Source: a virus (Duplodnaviria; Caudoviricetes). From it: DNA of 32,059 nt. The notes under the pieces are model-generated. The model worked only from the letters and a program-made list of their open reading frames with translations. It searched no databases and was not told where the DNA came from. The position numbers and the translations under genes were made by a program. The stretch lies in IMG/VR virus record IMGVR_UViG_3300025543_000123, positions 1 through 32,059 of that record. The stretch is one strand, 5' to 3'. This document shows positions 6,196 to 15,398 of the stretch, one piece after another. How positions within the stretch are numbered: the stretch's first letter is position 1; every line of letters begins with the position of its first letter.

Positions 6196-6735
6196 ATGGA
6201 ATACAAATGGCTTGAAGAAGTAGCAAAGCATCATAAAGAATGGGTTAATACTATTCAAAAGATGGGAGAGTTTGACTATGCTGAGGACATAGTCCAAGAA
6301 TCTTATATCGCTTTAATGAAGTATGCTGATGCAACTAAATTGATAGATGTAAATGGTGATGTTCGCAAGGGGTATATGCTTTTTACTCTAAGGTCATTAT
6401 ATTATCAATTCTACAATAAAAAGAAAAAAATAAATAAAGTTTCTTTTGATGGATGTTGGGAATTATTTGACGATTCAAACATCGAAGAACAAGAAGCGTA
6501 TCATAGCATTTGTCTTTTAATTGATGAAGAAATAGAGAATTGGCATTGGTACGATAGAAAATTATTTAAACTTTATAGAGATACTGATTTTTCAATGCGT
6601 GATATTTCTAAAGAAACAAATATAAGTTTGATTTCTATATTTCATTCAATAAAGAATTACAAGTCTATTTTAAAAGATAAATTACAAAAAGATTATCAAG
6701 ATTACATTAATAACGATTATAATAACATTTATTAA
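6196..6735 (+). CDS. ECF/sigma-70-like factor
   Basis: Region-2-like AEDIVQESYI and region-4 HTH SMRDISKETNISLISIFHSI. Confidence 0.8.
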   Translation: MEYKWLEEVAKHHKEWVNTIQKMGEFDYAEDIVQESYIALMKYADATKLIDVNGDVRKGYMLFTLRSLYYQFYNKKKKINKVSFDGCWELFDDSNIEEQEAYHSICLLIDEEIENWHWYDRKLFKLYRDTDFSMRDISKETNISLISIFHSIKNYKSILKDKLQKDYQDYINNDYNNIY

Positions 6736-6738
6736 ATT

Positions 6739-6924
6739 ATGAAAAAATTATCAGTTTTAGTAGTAGCAATTTTTTTATTTGCTTTAGTGGGAGAAGTTAA
6801 GTGTATAATAAAAGCAATTAATTGCAACTGGGAACCAATAGGCAAAGCAGAAGTAGTTTATACTGCTTCGGTATTTACAGGATTAGGTTGTATAGTAGGA
6901 TGGTTTAATATTGAGGATAAATAA
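6739..6924 (+). CDS. Small membrane protein
   Basis: Two hydrophobic stretches. Confidence 0.7.
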   Translation: MKKLSVLVVAIFLFALVGEVKCIIKAINCNWEPIGKAEVVYTASVFTGLGCIVGWFNIEDK

Positions 6925-6932
6925 ATTTAATT

Positions 6933-7325
6933 ATGGCTAAAAAAGTAGTAAAAAAGATGTCAGACAAAGGTCTTGGTGACACAGTAGAAAAAATAACAAA
7001 AGCAACGGGTATTAAAAAAGTTGTTGAGTTATTTAGCAAAGCAACAGGATTAGATTGCGGATGCGATGAACGTAAAGAAAAACTAAATAAGTTATTTCCT
7101 TACAATAGACAAATTAATTGTTTAAATGAAACTGATTATAATTCATTGACTGTATTTTTATCACCTAAACAAACAACTTTAAATCCTGCTGAACAAAAGA
7201 TTATCTCAGATATTTATTTTAATGTGTTTAATGTACGATTACAAATAAGTTCTTGTAATAGTTGTTGGAAAGGAAAAATTGAAGAGTTAAAAAGAGTTTA
7301 TAACGAATACAAAATAAATGAATAA
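6933..7325 (+). CDS. Hypothetical phage protein (GLGDT/CGC motifs)
   Basis: 130-aa ORF with CGC and CxxC. Confidence 0.75.
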   Translation: MAKKVVKKMSDKGLGDTVEKITKATGIKKVVELFSKATGLDCGCDERKEKLNKLFPYNRQINCLNETDYNSLTVFLSPKQTTLNPAEQKIISDIYFNVFNVRLQISSCNSCWKGKIEELKRVYNEYKINE

Positions 7326-7713
7326 TTGGACAGAAATAGATTTATTTAATTGGCTAAAAGAAAATGTTTATCCTGATTTAGTTAAAGCAAAGAATCCAAT
7401 GTCTAGATGGGACTGTTATTCTCCTTGTTCAGGTCATAGGCTTGAATTAAAATGTAGAAAGAAACATTATTCTACTATGTTATTGGAAAAGAAAAAATAC
7501 AACGCAATGCATTTTGAATGTCTGAAGCATTTAGACATACCAATGTATTTTAACTCAACTCCTGAAGGAATATTTTCTTGGAATCTAAATAAAATAGACC
7601 CGATTTGGGAAGTTAACTTTAAGAATCCTGCCACTACTCAATTCAATAACAATAATAAAATAAGTAAAGAAGTATCATATTTAGAAATAGAAAAAGCAAA
7701 ACAATGGAAGTAA
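7318..7713 (+). CDS. Putative PD-(D/E)xK nuclease
   Basis: WD...LELKCR motif. Confidence 0.6.
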   Translation: MNNWTEIDLFNWLKENVYPDLVKAKNPMSRWDCYSPCSGHRLELKCRKKHYSTMLLEKKKYNAMHFECLKHLDIPMYFNSTPEGIFSWNLNKIDPIWEVNFKNPATTQFNNNNKISKEVSYLEIEKAKQWK

Positions 7714-8063
7714 GTGAAGTACAACAAGAATATTTAAAATCAGTTTTATTGAGCCAATTATTATTGGAATCAAATGAAAATTTAGCATTTACAAAGCAAT
7801 ACAAGCAACAAGTAAAGCAAAAGATAAATAGCTTAAATAAAGACTTAGAAGAAACTGTACGAAATGAATTTAAGATAATTTACAAAACAGACCCTGAAAC
7901 AACTACAAACATTTTAAGAAGTATAGACGAAATAATTGGTAAACTTCAAACAAATTCTTTAGACGAATTAGTATTTATAAATGCAGTAATTGATAAGTAT
8001 AACGAAAATAAAGAATGGTTCAAAGAATACGGAGAAACTGAGTTTTTAAGACTAAATGGCTAA
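7704..8063 (+). CDS. Hypothetical protein
   Basis: 119-aa ORF overlapping its neighbours. Confidence 0.75.
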   Translation: MEVSEVQQEYLKSVLLSQLLLESNENLAFTKQYKQQVKQKINSLNKDLEETVRNEFKIIYKTDPETTTNILRSIDEIIGKLQTNSLDELVFINAVIDKYNENKEWFKEYGETEFLRLNG

Positions 8064-8319
8064 AAAAAAAGAAGATAAATACCATCCAACAGAAGCAGAA
8101 ATACAAGCTATGCATTTATGCAATAAGAATGATTTAGCTTATTTAATTCAACCTATTAAAAATAAAACAAAATACAATGTAATTAAGTTTCAGATTTCAA
8201 ATTATTTGCAAGTTCATATTCTAAAAGAAAATGATATACCTTTAGAATTTACAGAGAATGATGGAATGAAAAAAACAATGGAATTATATTTGTTTCACTC
8301 AAAAAGATTTAAGAAATGA
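8056..8319 (+). CDS. Hypothetical protein
   Basis: 87-aa ORF overlapping its neighbours. Confidence 0.7.
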   Translation: MAKKKEDKYHPTEAEIQAMHLCNKNDLAYLIQPIKNKTKYNVIKFQISNYLQVHILKENDIPLEFTENDGMKKTMELYLFHSKRFKK

Positions 8320-8618
8320 CATACCAAGAATTAGAAGGATTAGTAGAACTTTGGGCAGAAGACAAAGGAATTTTAACAAAAGCGACACCAAAGGCACAAG
8401 CTGAAAAAACATTAGAAGAAGTAAACGAGTTAATAGATGCTATTGAAAGTGATAATAGATTAGAAATAATAGACGCTTTAGGTGACATTTTAGTAACTAT
8501 AATTATTCAGGCTAAATTGCAAGGATTAATTTTAGAAAAATGCTTAGAATCAGCTTATGATGTTATAAGTAAAAGAACAGGTAAAATGATTAATGGACAA
8601 TTTGTAAAAGATAAATAA
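8316..8618 (+). CDS. MazG-like nucleotide pyrophosphohydrolase
   Basis: KTLEEVNEL...IIDALGDILVT, RTGKMINGQFVK. Confidence 0.85.
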   Translation: MTYQELEGLVELWAEDKGILTKATPKAQAEKTLEEVNELIDAIESDNRLEIIDALGDILVTIIIQAKLQGLILEKCLESAYDVISKRTGKMINGQFVKDK

Positions 8619-8803
8619 TGAAAGATACAATAGTTGAAAGCGTAATAAATCAATTTAAAGAGCGTTCTAGCGTAGGTATAGAAAAGTATGGTGTTACATT
8701 AGATAGAACTGATTTAACACGCTTAGAATGGATAAATCACGCACAACAAGAAGCGATGGATATGATTTTATATTTAGAAAAATTAAAGACTTATGAAAAA
8801 TAA
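8618..8803 (+). CDS. Small all-alpha NTP-pyrophosphatase-like protein
   Basis: GIEKYGVTL...WINHAQQEAMDMILYL. Confidence 0.6.
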   Translation: MKDTIVESVINQFKERSSVGIEKYGVTLDRTDLTRLEWINHAQQEAMDMILYLEKLKTYEK

Positions 8804-8927
8804 ACTATCAGCAATTAGAAGGATAAATAGAATAATTGAGTTCTATCATAAAAGAGGTGTAAACAAAGAATCAGTAAACAAAGTTTATTGGAATATATTA
8901 CAAATTAAGCTACCTAGAAATGGGTAG
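8793..8927 (+). CDS. Hypothetical protein (44 aa)
   Basis: MKNKLSAIRRINRIIEFYHKRGVNKE...; ends in the terminator. Confidence 0.55.
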   Translation: MKNKLSAIRRINRIIEFYHKRGVNKESVNKVYWNILQIKLPRNG

Positions 8928-8936
8928 TTTTTTTTT
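8909..8936 (+). terminator. Intrinsic terminator
   Basis: GCTACCTA-GAAA-TGGGTAGT followed by a T tract. Confidence 0.85.
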
Positions 8937-8946
8937 ATTTTAAATT

Positions 8947-8991
8947 TTAACGTTTCATTAACACTTTATGTTTAAAAGTTGTTTATATTTG
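8947..8991 (+). promoter_or_regulatory. Early promoter (TTAACG-N5-TTAACA box plus TATATTTG)
   Basis: TAnnTTTG at 8984-8991; 8984-9009 identical to 14811-14836. Confidence 0.75.
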
Positions 8992-9020
8992 TACTCAGAT
9001 AACAACAAATAAAAAAACAT

Positions 9021-9233
9021 ATGATACCAGCAGGATTAGAATTAAAATATAAAAATGTAGAAATTATTTATAGTGGTTTTCAAATGGAAAATAAACTTTG
9101 TTTTTATATAAAAGGAAATAATAAAGGAATGATATATTTATCTTTATTACAATTTAATAAAGCATATGAAGAATATGAATTAGGACCGCCACAGGATTTT
9201 GACAATGATAATTTAGAAACATATTTTTGGTAA
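9021..9233 (+). CDS. Hypothetical protein
   Basis: First ORF after the promoter. Confidence 0.7.
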   Translation: MIPAGLELKYKNVEIIYSGFQMENKLCFYIKGNNKGMIYLSLLQFNKAYEEYELGPPQDFDNDNLETYFW

Positions 9234-9251
9234 TAATTAAAAATAAAACAT

Positions 9252-9377
9252 ATGAAAAACTGGATTTACAAAACACAAGAAGAATTAAGAGTAGAAGCAA
9301 TGAAAACTCTTAAATTAGCAAAAGAATTAGAAACTTTAAAAAAGAAAAAAGATGGACAAGCAAGAAATAATAAATAG
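9252..9377 (+). CDS. Hypothetical protein (41 aa)
   Basis: MKNWIYKTQEELRVEAMK...; A-rich leader. Confidence 0.5.
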   Translation: MKNWIYKTQEELRVEAMKTLKLAKELETLKKKKDGQARNNK

Positions 9378-9522
9378 TTTAGAAATATGTATTTCAATGG
9401 CAAAGGTATCTGAAAATACTTTTTTAGTTAGAAAACTAGAAGAAATAGAAATTGCATTGATAAAAGAATGGAATGAATCAGATGCTTATTATGAACAAAT
9501 AAAACAAAGTATAAATGAATGA
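9352..9522 (+). CDS. Hypothetical protein (56 aa)
   Basis: MDKQEIINSLEICISM...; overlaps the next start. Confidence 0.55.
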   Translation: MDKQEIINSLEICISMAKVSENTFLVRKLEEIEIALIKEWNESDAYYEQIKQSINE

Positions 9523-9718
9523 GTTAGCATTAATAAAAATATTCTCGAAATTAGAGGTATTAGATAGAGAGTTTGAGAAAGCAGTAAAAAATTTAATTCA
9601 AGGAAGCTCAAGTCTTAGTGATGAAAAACTAGAAGTTATTGTAAACAGTACAGAAAGGGAAATCTTGATTTACGAATACATTTTAAAGCTAATTATTAAC
9701 TATTCAAACGTAAACTAA
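9515..9718 (+). CDS. Hypothetical protein
   Basis: 67-aa ORF, TAATG-coupled to the exonuclease. Confidence 0.7.
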   Translation: MNELALIKIFSKLEVLDREFEKAVKNLIQGSSSLSDEKLEVIVNSTEREILIYEYILKLIINYSNVN

Positions 9719-10431
9719 TGGTAGTATTATTTGATGCGGATAGTTTGATATTTTCAAGTTGCTATAAGAAAAGAGAAACAATAGAAGACGATGGTTTTCA
9801 TCACGTTTTAGAAGACGCAATTGTAAAGTTTGACGAAGTATTTATGAGTATTATAAATCACTTAGAAGACATTTATGATATAACAGAGGTAAAAACATTC
9901 TCAGGTTCAAAAGGAAACTTTAGAAAATACATAAGCCCAAAGTATAAAGCAAACAGAAACTATAACGCTTTACCTCCTTTATTAAATGAAATGCACGATT
10001 TTGTGAAAGAATCATATAATTCTATTTGGGGTTATGGATGTGAAACAGATGATGTAGTTGCTAAATATTGGTTTAATCTTTCAAATGAAATAGGAAGAGA
10101 TAACGTTATAATAGTATCAATTGATAAAGACTATAAACAGTTCCCTTGTTTAATGTATAATTATCACATAAAACATAAAGTAATTTATGACATCACCGAA
10201 GATGAGGCTATGTATAATTTCTATGAACAAATGATTATAGGTGATACTGCTGACAATGTAAACTATTGTAAAGGCTATGGTAGAAAGTTTGCTGAAAGGT
10301 ATTTGGTAGGCTGTAAAAGTAAATACCAATATACTAAAAAGATTTACGAATTATTTAAAGAAATACATAAAGGGAAAGCAAAGCAAAGATATGTTGAATG
10401 CTGGAACTTATTAAAATTAAAAGTTAATTAA
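9718..10431 (+). CDS. 5'-3' exonuclease (FEN/T7 gp6-like)
   Basis: FDADS, NFR...YKANR, ETDD, SIDKD, GDTADN...GYG motifs. Confidence 0.9.
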   Translation: MVVLFDADSLIFSSCYKKRETIEDDGFHHVLEDAIVKFDEVFMSIINHLEDIYDITEVKTFSGSKGNFRKYISPKYKANRNYNALPPLLNEMHDFVKESYNSIWGYGCETDDVVAKYWFNLSNEIGRDNVIIVSIDKDYKQFPCLMYNYHIKHKVIYDITEDEAMYNFYEQMIIGDTADNVNYCKGYGRKFAERYLVGCKSKYQYTKKIYELFKEIHKGKAKQRYVECWNLLKLKVN

Positions 10432-10472
10432 ATGTTAAATACTTTATTAAGTTAAATTAATTATTACCTTTA
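10422..10472 (+). promoter_or_regulatory. Possible promoter (inverted box plus TACCTTTA)
   Basis: AGTTAA-N5-TGTTAA upstream of a TAnnTTTA element. Confidence 0.45.
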
Positions 10473-10501
10473 CAAAAACAAACAAATAAAAAAAAGAAAT
10501 T

Positions 10502-11263
10502 ATGAACACACAAGAAATTAAAAGAGGAGAATTTAATGCTTATTATTTAATAAGTGATTTGAAATTTGCAAAAGTAAACAGAGAATTATTTATAAAACAC
10601 GCTGAAAACTTTAAAAGTAAGTTAAATGATTTTGGTTGGATGTTGCCAGTAGTTATATCTAAAAGCGGAGATGTAATAGAAGGACATCATAGAATACAAT
10701 CAGCTATTCTAATGAATCAAAAAACAGTACCAGCTTACATTGTTGACTGGGTAGATACTAAAAACGATACAGAGCATTTAAAATATATTATAAATTTAAA
10801 CAACGGGAATAAGCCTTGGTTAAAGTTAGATTATTTAAGAGCATTTGCAAAAGAGAATGAACAATATAACACTGTTTATAATGCATATTTAAGTAACTCA
10901 AACAACTTATCTGTTGGTAATATAATAAACTGTTTCTTTGGTAAATCAGTAAATGATAAATTTAAAAAGGGGCTTAGTACAATTGACGATTTAGATTTCT
11001 CTTTATTGTTATTAAATAAGTTTTCTGAATTAGTAACTAAATACGGTGCAAATAAAATACAAGCCTACTGTGTTAGAGAATTAATAAACATAGCGTTTAT
11101 TAAAACAAAAAAAGATGTTAAAGCAATAAAACACTTACTAAGGTATTATGATGAAATGGCAAGAATAAATCACCCAGCATTAACATCTATATCAGAATTC
11201 AGACCAGCAATGGAAAAAGAATTAAATTACTATAAACTTACAACAAATGAAAGTAACAGATAA
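10502..11263 (+). CDS. ParB/Srx N-terminal domain protein
   Basis: FGWMLPVVI...VIEGHHRIQSA...VPAYIV. Confidence 0.75.
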   Translation: MNTQEIKRGEFNAYYLISDLKFAKVNRELFIKHAENFKSKLNDFGWMLPVVISKSGDVIEGHHRIQSAILMNQKTVPAYIVDWVDTKNDTEHLKYIINLNNGNKPWLKLDYLRAFAKENEQYNTVYNAYLSNSNNLSVGNIINCFFGKSVNDKFKKGLSTIDDLDFSLLLLNKFSELVTKYGANKIQAYCVRELINIAFIKTKKDVKAIKHLLRYYDEMARINHPALTSISEFRPAMEKELNYYKLTTNESNR

Positions 11264-11894
11264 AATAACAATAACAAACGAGGACAATATGCTTTTAATG
11301 GCTCGCTATCCTGATAAATATTTTGATTTAGCTATTGTAGACCCTCCTTATGGGATTGAAAGATTTAAAAAAGTAACTAAAACACCAAGTGCAAAAGATA
11401 AGCACGCAAAAAGTTTCCAAAGAATGGAAACAGTAAATAACAATAAACCAAGTATTGAATATTGGAATGAACTTTTTAGAGTTTCAAAAAATCAAATTGT
11501 ATTTGGAGCAAATAATTTTATTATGCCTACAAGTGAATATTTTTTAATTTGGGATAAAAAACAAGCTATGCCAAACTTTGCAAGATGTGAATACGCTTGG
11601 GTATCTATGGGATTAAAAACACCTGCTAAAATATGTGAACATTCTATTTATATTCATAATCAAACAGAAAAGATACACCCAACACAAAAGCCAATTTATT
11701 TATATAAGTATATTTTAGATAATTACGCAAAAGAAAATGATAAAATACTTGACACGCATTTAGGCTCTGGAAGTATCGCAATAGCCTGCCACGATTATAA
11801 ATATAATCTTACCGCTTGTGAATTGGATAAAGAGTATTTTGATAAAGCAATACAAAGAATAGTAAACCATACAAATCAAACTAAACTATTTTAA
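11247..11894 (+). CDS. DNA N6-A/N4-C methyltransferase (beta class)
   Basis: DPPY before HPTQKP and ILDTHLGSGS. Confidence 0.92.
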   Translation: MKVTDKITITNEDNMLLMARYPDKYFDLAIVDPPYGIERFKKVTKTPSAKDKHAKSFQRMETVNNNKPSIEYWNELFRVSKNQIVFGANNFIMPTSEYFLIWDKKQAMPNFARCEYAWVSMGLKTPAKICEHSIYIHNQTEKIHPTQKPIYLYKYILDNYAKENDKILDTHLGSGSIAIACHDYKYNLTACELDKEYFDKAIQRIVNHTNQTKLF

Positions 11895-11895
11895 A

Positions 11896-12396
11896 ATGGA
11901 AATAACAAAAAGATTACTAGAAGTAATAAAAGAACATACAGGAGTAGATGTGAATATTAAATCACGTAAAAGAGAAGTAATAGAAATGCGTTCATTGTAT
12001 TTTAATGTACTGAAAGAATTGCGACCAAATATAAGTCTGTCATCAATTGGTGAAAGCGTTAATTTAAATCACGCAACCGTTATTCATTCGCTGAATAAAT
12101 ATGAAATGTATGAAAGATTCAATTCAAATTTTAAAGCATTGAAAAGAAAAATAATTTTAGAATTAATAGAAAACAAACTTTTTACAAGTGAAGAAAACCC
12201 TGAGTTAATAAAAAAACTAAACTTAAAAATAATTGAACTAGAAAATGAAAATGAAAAACTAAAAGAAAACAAAGAAATAGAATACAAAATAATAAAAGAA
12301 CTAACTCAATTACTAATAGACACAAAAGGAACAGATAAACATCAATTACTTAAAATTAGATTAGATGCTTTATATCAAATGAATAAAATAAAATAA
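11896..12396 (+). CDS. Protein with DnaA C-terminal-like HTH and coiled coil
   Basis: KSRKREV...SLSSIGESVNLNHATVIHS. Confidence 0.7.
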   Translation: MEITKRLLEVIKEHTGVDVNIKSRKREVIEMRSLYFNVLKELRPNISLSSIGESVNLNHATVIHSLNKYEMYERFNSNFKALKRKIILELIENKLFTSEENPELIKKLNLKIIELENENEKLKENKEIEYKIIKELTQLLIDTKGTDKHQLLKIRLDALYQMNKIK

Positions 12397-13038
12397 ATGA
12401 CAAACACAGTAGAATTATTAGGATATTACGGAAATGATATAGTACACGCTCAATCAGCCTGGACATCAACATCCAGAGATTTAACAGATGATAAAATAAA
12501 TAGAATACCAAAACTTTTAAATATGTTAGCCTCAGAGGGACATCATACACCGTTTGAGAAGAGTTCTTTACATTTCTTGGTAACAGTAGACCAGGCAACT
12601 CATATTCATCTCTTAAAACATCGTATTGGTGTTTCTATTAATGGAGAGAGTGCTAGGTATAAAGAACTGAAAGAAGATAAGACATATATTCCTGAAGATT
12701 GGGAAGATATATCATCAACTTCAGTTACCTCTTGGGCGGATGAATTAAAAATATTTACACATACAAGTAATAGTTTGTATCATAAATGTCTTGAAGACCT
12801 TACTCCAATATTAGGTCGTAAGAGAGCTAAGGAATCAGCTAGGTTCTTTAAAACAATGAACAGTCAAATAACAATGGATATATCATTTAACTTTAGGAGT
12901 TTTTACCACTTTCAGAATCTAAGAAACTCAGAACATTCACAACTAGAAGTAAGAGAATTAGCTGAACAGATGTTGAACTTAGTTAAGAATATAGAAGGAA
13001 ACCCATTTAATTTAACATTAAAAGCTTTTGAATTATGA
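12397..13038 (+). CDS. thyX: FAD-dependent thymidylate synthase
   Basis: GHHTPFE, KHRIGVSINGESARY (variant RHRx7-8S), NFRSF..F..LR...HSQLEVRELA. Confidence 0.9.
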   Translation: MTNTVELLGYYGNDIVHAQSAWTSTSRDLTDDKINRIPKLLNMLASEGHHTPFEKSSLHFLVTVDQATHIHLLKHRIGVSINGESARYKELKEDKTYIPEDWEDISSTSVTSWADELKIFTHTSNSLYHKCLEDLTPILGRKRAKESARFFKTMNSQITMDISFNFRSFYHFQNLRNSEHSQLEVRELAEQMLNLVKNIEGNPFNLTLKAFEL

Positions 13039-13124
13039 GAAATAGAATAGAACAATGGATTATTAGATTAGCTAATTGGTTAAAAGAAAGTTCAAAGAAT
13101 TGTCCAAGAGAAACTAAATGGTAA
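13035..13124 (+). CDS. Small hypothetical protein (29 aa)
   Basis: ATGA-coupled to thyX. Confidence 0.4.
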   Translation: MRNRIEQWIIRLANWLKESSKNCPRETKW

Positions 13125-13146
13125 ACAACTATAAGAAAAAGTTATT
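13125..13146 (+). promoter_or_regulatory. Putative late promoter ACAA-N13-TTATT
   Basis: One of five copies in intergenic gaps before late genes. Confidence 0.65.
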
Positions 13147-13174
13147 ATAATTTTAATAATAATATTTTTTAATT

Positions 13175-13435
13175 ATGGAAGATAAACGTAAAAATAACGG
13201 TGGACATAAGACTGCTGGACGAAAGTCTAAAGCAGATGAAGTACAACTAATAGAAAAGCTAGGGGTGTTAGAACCTTTGGCTTTTTTAGCATTAGAAAAA
13301 GGATTAGAAAAAGGTGATTTTAAATTTACTCAATTGTTTTATAATTACTATGCGGGTAAACCAAGAGAAACAAAAGAAATCACAGTTACAAATGAGCAGC
13401 CTATATTCAATATAGGTAATTTAGATGAGATTTAA
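13175..13435 (+). CDS. Terminase small subunit (putative)
   Basis: Directly before TerL; NGG...AGRK N-terminus. Confidence 0.7.
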   Translation: MEDKRKNNGGHKTAGRKSKADEVQLIEKLGVLEPLAFLALEKGLEKGDFKFTQLFYNYYAGKPRETKEITVTNEQPIFNIGNLDEI

Positions 13436-13446
13436 ACAACGATAAT

Positions 13447-14613
13447 ATGGAATTTGTATTAACTACTGCAATTAAAAAGTTAGCGAGTTTAAAGCAGCGT
13501 ATTAAAGTTGTAAGAGGTGGAACATCTGCTGGTAAAACATTTGGAATCTTACCTTTGTTAATTGATAAAGCTATCAAAGAACCATTGTTAGAGATAAGTG
13601 TTGTATCTGAATCTATCCCACATTTACGTAGAGGAGCATTAAAAGACTTTCTTAAAATAATGATGGCATTGAATAGATATAAGGATGACCAATTTAATAA
13701 GTCAACTTTAAAATATACATTTGCAAATGGTTCATACATCGAGTTCTTTAGTGCTGACCAACCTGATAAGTTAAGAGGTGCAAGAAGAAACATTCTTTAC
13801 GTTAATGAGTGCAATAATATAGAGTTTGATGCTTACTATCAAATGGCAATTAGAACAAGTGGGGATGTATGGCTAGATTATAACCCTGCTTCAACTTTTT
13901 GGGTAGATAAAGAAATATTAACTCAGCCAAATGTAGACTTCATTACATTGACATATTTAGATAATGAAGCATTAAGCGATACAATTGTAAAAGAGATTGA
14001 AACTGCAAAGATTAAAGCATTAACATCTACTTATTGGGCTAATTGGTGGCAAGTTTATGGATTAGGACAAACAGGTAGTTTAGAGGGTGTGTGTATAACT
14101 GATTGGCAAGAGATAGATTTGCCTAAAGATGCTAGAATCTTATGTGCGGGAATGGATTTTGGTTACACAAATGACCCAACTTCATTGGTTACTATGTACA
14201 AGTACAATGATGCTTATATCTTTGATGAAGTAATCTACAAAAAAGGGTTATTGAATAGTGAAATATCTAATCTATTAAAAGCAAATAGTATTGAAGATAT
14301 AATTTATGCAGATAGTGCTGAACCAAAATCAATAGCTGAGTTGAATAGTTACGGTCATAATGTATTACCTGTATCAAAAGGAAAAGATTCAATCATATAT
14401 GGTCTTAATTTAATCAATCAAAATAAGATATACGTAACATCAAGAAGTAAAAACTTAATTAATGAACTACGTAATTACATTTGGTTAACAGACAAATCAG
14501 GAGTTAAGATGAATAAACCTATTGACGCATACAATCACGCAATAGATGCAATGCGTTACGCTATAATGAGCCAACTAGAAAATCCAAACAAAGGAAACTA
14601 TTTTATTTACTAA
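13447..14613 (+). CDS. terL: Terminase large subunit (PBSX/SPP1-like)
   Basis: RGGTSAGKT Walker A, LYVNE, DYNP, GMDFGYTNDP, NHAIDAMRY. Confidence 0.95.
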   Translation: MEFVLTTAIKKLASLKQRIKVVRGGTSAGKTFGILPLLIDKAIKEPLLEISVVSESIPHLRRGALKDFLKIMMALNRYKDDQFNKSTLKYTFANGSYIEFFSADQPDKLRGARRNILYVNECNNIEFDAYYQMAIRTSGDVWLDYNPASTFWVDKEILTQPNVDFITLTYLDNEALSDTIVKEIETAKIKALTSTYWANWWQVYGLGQTGSLEGVCITDWQEIDLPKDARILCAGMDFGYTNDPTSLVTMYKYNDAYIFDEVIYKKGLLNSEISNLLKANSIEDIIYADSAEPKSIAELNSYGHNVLPVSKGKDSIIYGLNLINQNKIYVTSRSKNLINELRNYIWLTDKSGVKMNKPIDAYNHAIDAMRYAIMSQLENPNKGNYFIY

Positions 14614-14762
14614 TGACATACGGACAAATGATTGCTGAGATACAATGCTATATTCATCACGTTATGAATGTAGAGGTGATAATTAATTTACCAAGAAACA
14701 TAGGTGAGATAAAGAAAATGCAAGCTATGTTTAAAGTAGCAAACAAATACTTCAAATGTTAA
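14613..14762 (+). CDS. Hypothetical protein (49 aa)
   Basis: TAATG-coupled to terL. Confidence 0.55.
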   Translation: MTYGQMIAEIQCYIHHVMNVEVIINLPRNIGEIKKMQAMFKVANKYFKC

Positions 14763-14818
14763 AGTTTTGTTAAAATTTATAGTTATAGTTTTAAATGTTA
14801 ATAAAGTTTGTATATTTG
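14757..14818 (+). promoter_or_regulatory. Early-type promoter (TGTTAA-N5-TGTTAA plus TATATTTG)
   Basis: TAnnTTTG at 14811-14818; 26 bp identical to 8984-9009. Confidence 0.75.
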
Positions 14819-14851
14819 TACTCAGATAACAACAAACAAAAAATAGAAACT

Positions 14852-15040
14852 ATGAATAAAGTAATTAAAATAAAAGGAAATTTTGTAAATGGATATACAA
14901 AAAGAAGTAATAACTCCGCTTATGTTATGACTAACTCATTAGGTCAATTTGGTTACTTGCCAAATGAAAGTAATCCTTATATGCCAATAGGTGGAAGAAA
15001 AGCTTTGTTAAGTGTAGAATCAATTTTAATTTTTAAATAA
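14852..15040 (+). CDS. Hypothetical protein (moron-like unit, gene 1)
   Basis: Start moved from 14795 to the ATG downstream of the promoter. Confidence 0.65.
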   Translation: MNKVIKIKGNFVNGYTKRSNNSAYVMTNSLGQFGYLPNESNPYMPIGGRKALLSVESILIFK

Positions 15041-15196
15041 ATGGATAATTACGCAATTGAAGTATTAGAAAAAGAAATTTATTTGTTAGAAAAATGTTTA
15101 TCTGAATGGCAATTAAATCAATATAAAGAAGCAAGAAATCAAAGGGAAATAAAATTAAACCAATTGAAAGAAGCTATAATAAAAATAAAGATATGA
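15041..15196 (+). CDS. Hypothetical protein (moron-like unit, gene 2; 51 aa)
   Basis: MDNYAIEVLEKE...; abuts its neighbours. Confidence 0.6.
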   Translation: MDNYAIEVLEKEIYLLEKCLSEWQLNQYKEARNQREIKLNQLKEAIIKIKI

Positions 15197-15351
15197 AAGC
15201 ATTTAAAGTTGAAGGTTGGTACAGATACAACGATGAAAAAGATTTTGAAACAATAACAATAGAATGTAATACGCCTGAAGAAGCTATTAAGTCTTTTAAA
15301 GAGTGGTGTTCTTTTAGTTGTTACAAAATAGATATAAAAGAAATAGTTTAA
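15193..15351 (+). CDS. Hypothetical protein (moron-like unit, gene 3; 52 aa)
   Basis: MKAFKVEGWYRY...; ATGA-coupled. Confidence 0.6.
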   Translation: MKAFKVEGWYRYNDEKDFETITIECNTPEEAIKSFKEWCSFSCYKIDIKEIV

Positions 15352-15398
15352 TTGGTTATTAAATTTGGTTAGGGTTGTGGTGTCCGCAGTTCGGAATT

